Below, piece by piece: positions 55,282-64,000 of a DNA stretch of 64,000 nucleotides; positions within the stretch are counted from its first letter, which is position 1, and each line of letters begins with the position of its first letter. This stretch comes from Sphingomicrobium sp. (GTDB lineage Bacteria; Pseudomonadota; Alphaproteobacteria; Sphingomonadales; Sphingomonadaceae), in assembly GCA_051953395.1 (NCBI GenBank), contig JBQCIU010000040.1, forward strand, positions 25,880-89,879, given 5' to 3'. The position numbers were made by a program, and so were the translations under genes. Under the pieces are notes generated by a model, which was not told where the DNA came from, did not search any database, and worked only from the letters and a program-made list of their open reading frames with translations.

Positions 55282-55983
55282 TTGTACCAAGTCGTGGAGA
55301 TCGATGAGGTCTGGCTCCGCCTGATCCCGTCCCGGTTCCCGCCGGTAGACATTTACCAGCGGATTGCCGCCCCGGAGAATTGGGATGAGCTGCACGCGAT
55401 TGAGGTCATGACCAATCCTCGGGTTCGTGAACGTCATCGGCTAACGGGACTTAACGGCGTGGACTTGGGCTCAGCTCGCTTCCAGAATTGGAACCACGCC
55501 CCCTTTGCCTACCTCAATCCGGAAGGAAGCTGGCTTCTCGACCCTTTCTTCGGGGTTCTCGAACTGTCGGATTGCCTTCAAACGGCGCTCGCCGCATCCA
55601 TACGAAAGCGTGAGCTGTTCCTTTCCAGGACTAGCGAGCCGCCCCTTGACCTCGACATGCGCGTGTTAGGACATCGCGTCACGGGTAATTTCATCGATCT
55701 AACCGGGATTGACCCGGATCTCACGCAGAGCGAGCGCTGGCAGATCGGCGAAAATGCCTTGCGCTCGGATGCCGATGGCGCGCTTTTCATTTGTCCCTAT
55801 CGTCGCGGGGCTAAATGCATTTCGGTGTTCAAGGGTGACGCGCTCGGCAAGAGCGACCAGCACGACCACTTCCGGTTTGTCTGGGACGGGGTCGCCATCC
55901 GGACCGTCTACTCCTTCAACGACGCCGAAACGCTCGCCGCCAACGAGATCTTTTCGGAGGAGCCGATTTCCCGCGCGGCTTAA
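55282..55983 (+). CDS. RES-domain protein, catalytic motifs apparently degenerate
   Basis: RLIPSRFPP...TNPR...APF...GS...T.EP..LDMRV RES scaffold. TTG start inferred from the GGAGG RBS. Confidence 0.82.
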   Translation: MYQVVEIDEVWLRLIPSRFPPVDIYQRIAAPENWDELHAIEVMTNPRVRERHRLTGLNGVDLGSARFQNWNHAPFAYLNPEGSWLLDPFFGVLELSDCLQTALAASIRKRELFLSRTSEPPLDLDMRVLGHRVTGNFIDLTGIDPDLTQSERWQIGENALRSDADGALFICPYRRGAKCISVFKGDALGKSDQHDHFRFVWDGVAIRTVYSFNDAETLAANEIFSEEPISRAA

Positions 55984-56158
55984 TCTCCCGGCACTGACGG
56001 TGAACAATTTCGATCGTCTGGATTAGGGAGAGTGGTCGTCGGCGCGCGATGACCGCCTCTGGCGCAAAGCTGACGTGCAGCCCCCAGCCGGGCGCGACGC
56101 CCCGAGCAGCGCCACGTCGAAATGACTTGAACTCGCCTACTTAGCGAGCAATCTGTCA

Positions 56159-56310
56159 CCGCCTTCGGTAAAAGCCCGGAGGTGGGGCGTGGAAACCCCA
56201 GCATACCAACTCGGTCAACAGCGAATGCTGAAGGCCGGGTGGCATGCGCGCATGTCCAGGGCCTCGGCCTAAAGGCGCATGCGCCTGTGTGTATGCCAGG
56301 TTTCCAACAT
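56159..56310 (+). ncRNA. C4-like antisense RNA with its downstream complementary target
   Basis: 10-bp hairpin with an AAAA-containing loop (56159-56185), then GGGCGTGGAAACCC. TGGAAACC (56190-56197) and GCATAC (56201-56206) are complementary to GGTTTCCA (56299-56306) and GTATGC (56291-56296). Confidence 0.68.
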
Positions 56311-56396
56311 CCGGCTTCGGCCGTCGCTCCGAGAGGACATAGGTGCGACGAGGAGCTGGTCCAGCTGTTCACGTCGCTCTGGACGGGGCGACGAGG

Positions 56397-57221
56397 ATGC
56401 TGACGTTCAATCAGGCGTTGCTGACGTATGGGCTGGAGCCCAGCGAAGTGCGCCTCCTGCGGCATCAGACGCGCGGGACAAATGGAGCGACGCCATACTC
56501 TCTTTGGCGTGACAGCCGCGACCGGTTCGAGGCGTACCAAGCTGCGCAACGCGTCAGCGACCGCAACCGATTGGATTCCGGCTTCTGGGCGAGCTTCGTC
56601 GCATCGCCCGACGGTCGCACGATGCTCGCGGGAGTTTATGCCGTTCAGGGTCGGGACACGGTGCCGCTGGACTGGCCGTATCCGCTCAGCGAGCGGCCCG
56701 TCGAAGGACAGGATGAACTCTATTGCCTCGACCGTTTGATGCAGTTCGCCGAACTTGAGGGGAGACTGTACGTCGAATGGGGATCGGCCACGCGCGTTTG
56801 GATCCAGCGGGCGGACCGGCAGGACAAGCAGATTACCGAACTCGCACGCGCGGTCGCCGAGCCTCAGTTCCCGGGATTCAGCGCGTTCATTGCGGACCTG
56901 TCGCAGATCGCGGCCTTGCCGGCTGCCTGGCGCGAAGCGCTCGGCGCCGCCCGGGGCATTTACTTACTCGCCTGCCCGCGAACCGGCGAGCTGTACGTCG
57001 GATCGGCCACCGGCGTCGACGGCTTTATCGGCCGCTGGGACCAGTATGCCGCCAACGGCCATGGTGGCAACGTTGGCCTCAAGGGACGCGAGCCCAGCAA
57101 CTTCCAGGTGAGCATCCTGGAAGTTGCCGGGTCGCTTGTCTCGGTCGACGAAATCATTGCTCTGGAAGAGCGGTGGAAAACGAAGCTCCGCTCGCGCCAC
57201 TCGGGGTTGAACCGTAACTGA
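56397..57221 (+). CDS. GIY-YIG nuclease with an N-terminal extension
   Basis: GIYLLAC..TGELYVGSATG...GRW..Y near the C-terminus; about 180-aa uncharacterised N-terminal domain. Confidence 0.85.
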   Translation: MLTFNQALLTYGLEPSEVRLLRHQTRGTNGATPYSLWRDSRDRFEAYQAAQRVSDRNRLDSGFWASFVASPDGRTMLAGVYAVQGRDTVPLDWPYPLSERPVEGQDELYCLDRLMQFAELEGRLYVEWGSATRVWIQRADRQDKQITELARAVAEPQFPGFSAFIADLSQIAALPAAWREALGAARGIYLLACPRTGELYVGSATGVDGFIGRWDQYAANGHGGNVGLKGREPSNFQVSILEVAGSLVSVDEIIALEERWKTKLRSRHSGLNRN

Positions 57222-57654
57222 CCCGCGGTGCGGAGTGCTTCTTGTGGCTCGCCATGAACTCTAACGCTTCGACAAGCCTGCCGGTCAACTCCTTTCGTTT
57301 CGCCAAATCCGCCGCTTCCTGTTCGGGATCGGGCTTCGGCATCATGTTGCGCCGTGCGCCCAGCTCCTTCGCAACGTTGCGCGCCGCCGCCTTATCACCT
57401 GCCAGGGCCATCGCCATCTGCTTCATCCAGAACGCTTCGTCGCTCGCCATCATCACGGTTTCGCCGTCGATCGTCACCCGGGTCTTTCGGGCCCGGGCAG
57501 TCTCAAATGCGTCGATGTGGGGCTCAGCCTTTCTGTTCTTGCCAAGCGGATTGCGGACTTCGCCGGGCTTGATCCTGCCGTTCTCGGGCGGGCGACAATA
57601 GCCGACAGCATAGTCGCCGCTGGGGGAATGCTTCACGTCACGCCGCTTGGCCAT
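57154..57654 (-). CDS. DUF5681 family protein (small-terminase-like island protein)
   Basis: Y.VGY.RPP...R.KPG...NP.G motif. The 3' end overlaps the GIY-YIG gene convergently. Confidence 0.75.
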   Translation of the reverse strand: MAKRRDVKHSPSGDYAVGYCRPPENGRIKPGEVRNPLGKNRKAEPHIDAFETARARKTRVTIDGETVMMASDEAFWMKQMAMALAGDKAAARNVAKELGARRNMMPKPDPEQEAADLAKRKELTGRLVEALEFMASHKKHSAPRVSYGSTPSGASGASFSTALPEQ

Positions 57655-59005
57655 GGGCTTCCTCCTCGGCCCGCGCGGTCGCCATTGCGGCGCGCTCGTC
57701 GAACGTCTCGCCGGTGGAAGCGTGGACTGCATTCTCGCCTGTCCACGCCTGCCACCGCCGAATTGAGAGGTCGACGTAACGCGCGTCGAGTTCGATCGCG
57801 CGTGCCCGGCGGCCCACTCGCTCGCAGGCGATGATCGTGCTGCCGCTCCCAACGAAAGGGTCGATCACCAGATCGCCCCGCCGGGTGGTGTCCAGCAGCG
57901 CATCCGCGATCATCCGCACCGGCTTGGGCGTGGGGTGCTCGGCGAGAATATTGCCTTCCTCGCTACCCTTGGCGCTGGTCACAGCAGCGGGATAGGTCCA
58001 GATGTTGCTGCGGTTGCGCCCGAAGCGGCCGAGCTGGACATTATTTCTCATCCGTCCGCGCGTCTTGAAGATCAGGATCAGCTCATGCTGCGAACGCAGG
58101 AATGAACCTTGTCCCGCGCGGTCCTTTGACCAAACGGCGAGGTTCACCAGCGGCCCGAGGATCGGGCGCGTCGCGTCCATGAGCAGATGCAGACTGCGCC
58201 AGTCGATTGCTTCGTAAACCACTGCCCCGGGCGCGAGATGCGGGATGAGGTTGCGGTTGAATCCCGTGAAGAGTTCGCTGAGCTCCGCCTCGCTCATCTC
58301 CCCCGAGGCCATCACGAACTCCCGGTGGCGGCCCTTGCCGGCAACGAACCCGTCGATCCGGCAGCCATAGGGAGGATCGGTGAACACTGCATGAGCCTTC
58401 GCCCCGTCCAGCAGCTGGTCGTAAACCCTGGGATCCAGGGCATTGCCATGAACCAGTCGATGCTGCCCAAGCGTCCACAGATCACCGGCCTCCGAAACCG
58501 GCACCGCGTCCAACCGGGGCACCTCATCCTCCTCTTCCGATTCCGGCTCTCCGATCATCAGGTCGATCTCTGCAACTTCGAAACCGAGATCGGTGGCCTC
58601 CAGGTCGAGCGTGGCTTCAAACTGCAGGATGTACTCGCCGATCTTGGCCCGGTCGCTGAGACCAAGGTCGCCGAGCTTCTGGTAAGCGATCGACAGCGCC
58701 TTGGCCTCGAGGGGACTGATTGCCTTCAGTCTTATGACTGGAACGGTCTCGATGCCGGCTTCCTGGGCAGCGATCAGCAGGACCTCGCCGATTACCACTT
58801 CGCTGTCGTCGGTGATGACGAGTGGCTGTTCGATCTTGAAGCGCCTGGCAATTGCTCGTGCCTTGCGCCGGTCGGCCGCCGAGAACACGCGGCAGCTGTC
58901 ACTCACCGTGAGTGCAGAGACGGGAACGATTTCGACTGCGAACGGCTGGTTCGAACCGCGCGCAGGCGCAGGCGATTCAGCGTCGATGGTGTCGATACGA
59001 GACAT
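57638..59005 (-). CDS. ParB-like N-terminal domain + N6/N4 DNA methyltransferase
   Basis: VFTDPPYG (motif IV) precedes HPT.KP and DPFVGSGST (motif I), i.e. beta-class order; the N-terminal region is ParB/Srx-like. Confidence 0.88.
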   Translation of the reverse strand: MSRIDTIDAESPAPARGSNQPFAVEIVPVSALTVSDSCRVFSAADRRKARAIARRFKIEQPLVITDDSEVVIGEVLLIAAQEAGIETVPVIRLKAISPLEAKALSIAYQKLGDLGLSDRAKIGEYILQFEATLDLEATDLGFEVAEIDLMIGEPESEEEDEVPRLDAVPVSEAGDLWTLGQHRLVHGNALDPRVYDQLLDGAKAHAVFTDPPYGCRIDGFVAGKGRHREFVMASGEMSEAELSELFTGFNRNLIPHLAPGAVVYEAIDWRSLHLLMDATRPILGPLVNLAVWSKDRAGQGSFLRSQHELILIFKTRGRMRNNVQLGRFGRNRSNIWTYPAAVTSAKGSEEGNILAEHPTPKPVRMIADALLDTTRRGDLVIDPFVGSGSTIIACERVGRRARAIELDARYVDLSIRRWQAWTGENAVHASTGETFDERAAMATARAEEEAHGQAA

Positions 59006-59543
59006 GATTATCCTCCTTTCGGTTGACTGATTTGAGGAGAATAAATCGGCAATTCTTAACGCGATTCGCGGGCCCGAGGAGCACTCATTAGGGAGGTCGC
59101 AATGAGGCAACCTGGCGCGGTTCGTCGAAGTGCTCATTATCGGTTGGAGCGAGATCATCCGGACAGCGATGTGACGGTTTCGAGCCTTGCGTCAGGCGCG
59201 CTGCGGACCCGTTATCGGGGAACAAATTTCCCATGTTACTCCCTTCCACCTGCGTGTTTCGGGGATTCGTGTCCCGTCAGATTGCTCGGAAATCGGGGAA
59301 TGCTGAGAACCGGCGTGGAGCGGAATTTTTGTAAAGTCCCATCCGAATTCCCATCCGGATGGGAAAGTGGCGCCTTAAAATCGAAACCGTACTGCCGGAA
59401 CGCGCGGCGGAGAATTGGCCTCGGAAAATCGCCAACTGCCCAGCCACATTGCTCTCTGCGGTACCGATTGACGCACAAAGTCGCGCGGAAACGCGCGATT
59501 TCGCAAGCGGATGGGAATGTCGGACGCGGGAGAGCAGACTGAG

Positions 59544-59633
<90 letters not shown>

Positions 59634-59730
59634 TTAAGGCGTGCGGTGATATCGCCGGTCGAGGCGGGCCGTGCAAGCTGTGCGACCAGTGCTTGTGGCC
59701 GGGAACGGCGGCGGCCCCTAGTCTGTTCTG

Positions 59731-60873
59731 ATGAGCGGGGCAGGGAGAGTGGCGTTGCGGTGGACGATCGGCTGGAGTCTCGCGAGTGCCGGGGCCCTTG
59801 CGCTCGGACCCGCCGATGCGCGGGAAAATGCCGTCATCCAAGCGTCGCAGCCGGCGAAACCGGCCATCCAGATGGCGGCGGCGCAATCCTATTCGGCGCA
59901 ACCGGCCTATGCGCAGGCGCAGAGCCCGTTCGATCGCTACAAGACCTATCTTGCCGCCAAGGCCCGGAGCCAGGGGATCAGGGAGACCACGATCAACGCG
60001 GTGATCCCGACCTTGCAGCTGAACTCGCGGGTGATCGAGCTCGACCGTGCGCAGCGGCCGACGTCGAGGAGCGACGATGACGCGCCCCCGTCCTTCGCGG
60101 GCTATCTCGATCGTCACATCACCAGCTCGCTGATCCGGCGGGGGCAGGCGCGCTATTCTTCGCACTGGCCGAACCTCTATCGGATCCAGCAGCGATACGG
60201 GGTCGATCCGGCGGTGATCATGGCGATCTACGGCAAGGAAACGAGCTACGGCTCGATTACGGGCGGTTTCGATCTCCTCGAGGTGCTTGCGACCCTTGCC
60301 TATGAAGGCCGCCGCAGGGCGCTTTTCGAGGATGAATTCGTCGCCACGTTGAAATTGATGGATATCGGCGTTCGTCGATACCAGCTGAAAGGCAGCTACG
60401 CCGGAGCGACCGGCTATCCGCAATTCCTCCCATCGGTCGTCCTTCGGCTGAGGCAGGATGGCAACGGCGACGGCTATGCCGACGTGTGGGGCAATGAGGA
60501 TGACGCATTCGCGTCGATTGCAAACTATCTTCGCGATGCAGGATGGAAGCGCGGATTGCCGTGGGGCGTACCGGTCACGGTTCCGGCGAGCCTGAACCGG
60601 GCAGCGATCCGGTCGCGGGTCAATTCGCCGCGCTGCCCGGCGGTGTTCAAGCGGCATAGCCGATGGCTCACCGTCGCGGAGTGGCGAACGCTTGGCGTGG
60701 TCCCCACCGGCAGGAGCATCCCCGACAGCGAGCTTGCGACCCTGATGGAGACTCCGGGCGCCTACGCACCGGGCTATCTGCTGACGCAGAATTATTACGC
60801 AATCCTCGATTACAATTGCTCGAACTATTATGCCCTGTCGGTGGGGCTGCTGGCCAACGCGATCGCGGGCTGA
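59731..60873 (+). CDS. Lytic murein transglycosylase (MltB family)
   Basis: AIYGKETSYG, GSYAGATGYPQFLPS, ASIANYL..AGW, ILDYNCSNYYALSVG. Start uncertain. Confidence 0.9.
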   Translation: MSGAGRVALRWTIGWSLASAGALALGPADARENAVIQASQPAKPAIQMAAAQSYSAQPAYAQAQSPFDRYKTYLAAKARSQGIRETTINAVIPTLQLNSRVIELDRAQRPTSRSDDDAPPSFAGYLDRHITSSLIRRGQARYSSHWPNLYRIQQRYGVDPAVIMAIYGKETSYGSITGGFDLLEVLATLAYEGRRRALFEDEFVATLKLMDIGVRRYQLKGSYAGATGYPQFLPSVVLRLRQDGNGDGYADVWGNEDDAFASIANYLRDAGWKRGLPWGVPVTVPASLNRAAIRSRVNSPRCPAVFKRHSRWLTVAEWRTLGVVPTGRSIPDSELATLMETPGAYAPGYLLTQNYYAILDYNCSNYYALSVGLLANAIAG

Positions 60874-60967
60874 GCGCCTGATTTAATCCGAATGCCCCCT
60901 CGCGTGCGGGAAAATCGCGCGATAGACAAAGGGGCTGCTTCACCCTGGAAGGATATCCGCGCCAACG

Positions 60968-62140
60968 ATGAAACGTGCACTTGTCTTTGCCACCACGGCC
61001 GCAATCCTGATCGCAAGCGCCGCGCCCGCGGCCGCTCCGCAGTTCGATACCACCGCTCCGATTGCCTACCTCATCGATCTCAATTCGGGCGCCGTCCTGT
61101 TCTCCAGGGACGCGGACCGGAGATTCCCGCCGGCTTCGCTGGCGAAGATGATGACGACGGAAGTCGCGTTCGAGCTGATCGACCGAGGACAGCTGCCGCT
61201 CAACAAGATGTGCACGGTGCGCCCGGAAACCTGGCAGAAATGGCATGGCCAGGGGTCGACGATGTTCCTGTCGCCCGGCGAGCAGGTCAGCGTCGAGAAT
61301 CTGCTGAAGGGCATCGTCACCCTTTCCGGCAACGATGCTTCGGTGGTGCTGGCCGAGTGCATCGCCGGTACGGAGGAGGCCTTCACCGGCCAGATGAACG
61401 CTCTGGCTCACCAGCTGGGGATGAACAACAGCCACTTCGGGACCGCCAACGGCTGGCCGGACGAGGGCGTCACTTACGTCACGGCTCACGACCTCGCGAC
61501 ACTCGCCAAGGCGACGATCCAGCACCACACGAAGCTGTACAAGGAATTCTACGGTCTTCCGAACTTCACCTGGGGCCAGACGATGGGCGGAAACGCGATC
61601 ACCCAGGACAATCGCAATCCGATCCTTGGGCATGTGCCGGGCGCCGACGGGCTGAAGACCGGGCATACCGAAGAAGCGGGCTATGGCTTCACCGGATCGG
61701 CCGAACAGAATGGGCGCCGCCTCATCGAGGTCCTGGCCGGAATGAAAAGCTGGAACGAAAGGGTCGAGCAGTCGACCCGTCTGATCCAGTGGGGCTTCAA
61801 CGCCTGGCAGGACAAGCCGCTGTTCAAGCAGGGCGCCGTCGTCGCCAAGGCGCAGGTGCAGATGGGATCGAGCAGCGAAGTGCCGCTGGTCGCTCCGCGC
61901 GACCTTGCGGTCACGATTCCCGCAGGGCTCAGCCTGACCCGCCAGATGCACGTGAAGGTGCAGTACGACGGCCCGATCAAGGCGCCGATCAAGAAAGGCG
62001 ACGAAATCGCGCAGCTCGTGGTGACCACGGGAGACACCGCGCCGCAGATCGTGCCGCTCGTCGCTGGAGAGGACGTCGGCTCGGCGGGCTTCTTCGGTCG
62101 CGCGTGGATCGGGTTGAAGTCGCTGCTCGGCCTTTCGTGA
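60968..62140 (+). CDS. D-alanyl-D-alanine carboxypeptidase (PBP5/6 family)
   Basis: PASLAK (SxxK), SGN (SxN), LKTGHT (KTG), C-terminal PBP5_C-like domain. Confidence 0.93.
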   Translation: MKRALVFATTAAILIASAAPAAAPQFDTTAPIAYLIDLNSGAVLFSRDADRRFPPASLAKMMTTEVAFELIDRGQLPLNKMCTVRPETWQKWHGQGSTMFLSPGEQVSVENLLKGIVTLSGNDASVVLAECIAGTEEAFTGQMNALAHQLGMNNSHFGTANGWPDEGVTYVTAHDLATLAKATIQHHTKLYKEFYGLPNFTWGQTMGGNAITQDNRNPILGHVPGADGLKTGHTEEAGYGFTGSAEQNGRRLIEVLAGMKSWNERVEQSTRLIQWGFNAWQDKPLFKQGAVVAKAQVQMGSSSEVPLVAPRDLAVTIPAGLSLTRQMHVKVQYDGPIKAPIKKGDEIAQLVVTTGDTAPQIVPLVAGEDVGSAGFFGRAWIGLKSLLGLS

Positions 62141-62757
62141 GCGCTGCAGGCCGCTTCATCAGCCTGGAGGGCGGGGAAGGGGTCGGCAAATCGACACAGC
62201 TTCGCTCGCTCGCGGCCCAACTTCGCCAACGCGGCCTGACGGTGGTTGAAACGCGCGAGCCCGGCGGCAGCGAAGGCGCGGAATCGATCAGGCACCTGCT
62301 TCTCCAGGAGCGGGACTGGACCATCGAGGCGGAGGCCCTTCTGTTTGCCGCGGCGAGGGCGGACCATGTCCAGAGGACCATTCGACCGGCGCTCGATCGC
62401 GGCGACTGGGTGATCAGCGACCGTTTCGTCGATTCCTCCTTGGCCTACCAGGGCGGGGCGGGCGGCCTTGGAATCGAGCGGATCCGCGAACTCCACCAGT
62501 TCGCGACAGGCGGGTTTTTCCCCGACCGGACGCTGGTTCTTTCCGTCCCGGATGCCAACGCGAGAGCTCAGGCGCGTGATGGGGACGCCGGCGACCGGAT
62601 CGGTGGGCGCGGCGAGGACTTCCATCGCAAGGTCGACCTGGCCTTCCGGATGATCGCCGCGGAAGAGCCTGAAAGGGTGCGGCTGATCGACGCATCGGGC
62701 AGCCAGGAGGAGGTCACCGAGCGGCTCCTCGGCGCGATTTCGGACCTTTTGCAATGA
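62137..62757 (+). CDS. tmk: Thymidylate kinase
   Basis: FISLEGGEGVGKST, TREPGG, LLFAAARADH, VISDRF.DSS.AYQG. Confidence 0.95.
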   Translation: MSAAGRFISLEGGEGVGKSTQLRSLAAQLRQRGLTVVETREPGGSEGAESIRHLLLQERDWTIEAEALLFAAARADHVQRTIRPALDRGDWVISDRFVDSSLAYQGGAGGLGIERIRELHQFATGGFFPDRTLVLSVPDANARAQARDGDAGDRIGGRGEDFHRKVDLAFRMIAAEEPERVRLIDASGSQEEVTERLLGAISDLLQ

Positions 62758-63764
62758 TCGCGGGGCACGAAGCGGCGGTCGAGCAATTCCGACGGGCGTG
62801 GGATTCGCGCGCTCTCCACCACGCATGGCTGCTCACCGGCCCTCGCGGCGTCGGCAAGGCGCATTTTGCGCTCCAGGCCGTGCGTCGGCTGCTGGCCGAA
62901 GCTGCCGGGCCGCCATTCGACGTTCCGGGGCTGGAGGTCCCTGTGGATCCGGCGAACTTCGACGAGCACGGCCGGCCAAGGGAGCACCCGATCGCGGCGC
63001 TTATCACTGCCGGAAGCCATCCGGACCTGCGATGGCTGGAGCGGGTCGAAAATGACAAGACCGGCAACATGGCGCGCAACATCACCGTCGCCCAGGTCCG
63101 CGAGCTCGGCGAGTTTCTTTCGCTTACTCCGGGGCTTTCGCCGTGGCGCGCGGTGGTTATCGACAGCGTCGACGATCTCGAGAAATCCGCCGCGAACGCT
63201 TTGCTGAAGATGCTGGAAGAGCCGCCGCCCAACACCGTCTTCCTGCTTGTCAGCCATGCCCCGGGCCGCTTGCTTCCAACGATCCGATCGCGTTGCCGAC
63301 GGCTGCAATTCGAAGCGTTGAGCGATGACGCCATGGCGTCGGTCCTGGCGCTGCAGGTTCCCGAAAGCAGCGCCGCGGAGCGCCAGCGGCTCATCGCGCT
63401 TGCCGGCGGCTCGGTCGGACGCGCCCTGGCATTCGCGTCCATGGATCTCGGGCCGCTGGAATCGGACGCGCTGGCGATCCTTCGCGAAGGCGATCCGGAC
63501 AACAAAAGGCGCTCGGAGCTTGCAAGCCAGCTCGCCCGCAAGGCGGCCGCGGACCGCTATTCCGCCTTCCTCGAGCTGCTCCCGGCGCTGGTCGCCAGAG
63601 AGGCCAGGACCCTTGCGGAGCCCCAGAGGGCGCGCGCTCTGGATGCCTATGACAAGGTTCGGGAGCTGGTCGGCATCGCTCCTCGGTTGTCGCTCGATCC
63701 GGCGGCAACCGTGTTCCAGCTGGCCGGAATCCTCGCTTCGGTCGCCGAACCGCGCCTTCCTTGA
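62754..63764 (+). CDS. holB: DNA polymerase III delta-prime subunit
   Basis: [39 protein letters not shown]; follows tmk. Confidence 0.92.
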   Translation: MIAGHEAAVEQFRRAWDSRALHHAWLLTGPRGVGKAHFALQAVRRLLAEAAGPPFDVPGLEVPVDPANFDEHGRPREHPIAALITAGSHPDLRWLERVENDKTGNMARNITVAQVRELGEFLSLTPGLSPWRAVVIDSVDDLEKSAANALLKMLEEPPPNTVFLLVSHAPGRLLPTIRSRCRRLQFEALSDDAMASVLALQVPESSAAERQRLIALAGGSVGRALAFASMDLGPLESDALAILREGDPDNKRRSELASQLARKAAADRYSAFLELLPALVAREARTLAEPQRARALDAYDKVRELVGIAPRLSLDPAATVFQLAGILASVAEPRLP

Positions 63765-63796
63765 AGGCGCGCAAGCGTCAGGGTAGGGCGCCCATC

Positions 63797-64000
63797 GTGT
63801 CCGATCCTTTCTATATCACCACCGCGATCAGCTATCCCAACGGCCCGCCCCATATCGGCCATGCCTATGAGGCCATCGCCGCCGACGTCATCGCTCGCCA
63901 CAAGCGCGCGGAGGGACGCGATGTGCGCTTCCAGACAGGCACCGACGAACATGGCCTGAAAATGGCTCAGGCGGCGCGCGCCGAAGGGGTCGAGCCGCAG
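63797..64000 (+). CDS. metG: Methionyl-tRNA synthetase, partial (5' end)
   Basis: [21 protein letters not shown] (HIGH motif) and [10 protein letters not shown]. Confidence 0.95.
   Translation, partial: MSDPFYITTAISYPNGPPHIGHAYEAIAADVIARHKRAEGRDVRFQTGTDEHGLKMAQAARAEGVEPQ

Noticed and set aside
45392-59005. Intact prophage
   Set aside because: No capsid, portal, large terminase, tail or lysis genes.
60892-62757. 621-aa ORF-track product, and similarly over-extended ORFs 25104-26489 and 27770-30460
   Set aside because: Stop-free extensions through upstream genes. The real genes start at 62137 (tmk), 25811 (virB9) and 30142 (virB4), judged from motifs and start/stop overlaps.

Overview
High-GC alphaproteobacterial chromosome segment, probably sphingomonad (inferred from gene content). 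It has three parts. (1) 1-17.6 kb is host DNA: a DUF2207/LemA pair, a glutaryl-CoA dehydrogenase-like gene, a curli (functional amyloid) operon (csgF, csgG, two long tandem curlins, a short curlin, an unknown secreted protein, csgH), and a BlaI/BlaR1(M56)-type module upstream of a secreted repeat protein and two TonB-dependent receptors. (2) About 17.64-59.56 kb is a ~42 kb composite island integrated at the 3' end of tRNA-Ser(TGA), bounded by a degenerate 21-bp direct repeat. It carries two large serine recombinases, a Tat-exported beta-helix protein, and a minimal virB2/3/4/6/8/9/10/11 T4SS with no relaxase or coupling protein in the window. It also holds a dense defence-like cargo: a Zorya-like MotA/MotB operon with nuclease, 4-TM and vWA partners; a Dcm-Vsr-MvaI/BcnI R-M system; an OLD-family nuclease; a translationally coupled ubiquitination-like operon (Ubl, Ser-type E2, JAB-E1, intact kinase, DUF6527-like) facing an Xre + apparently catalytically degenerate RES pair; and a GIY-YIG nuclease behind a C4-like antisense leader. 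(3) 59.7-64 kb is conserved housekeeping DNA (lytic transglycosylase, D-Ala-D-Ala carboxypeptidase, tmk, holB, metG start). The best candidates for undescribed systems are the kinase-containing ubiquitination-like operon with its Xre/pseudo-RES neighbour and the non-canonical Zorya-like operon. All family calls come from motif recognition by eye; no database searches were run.
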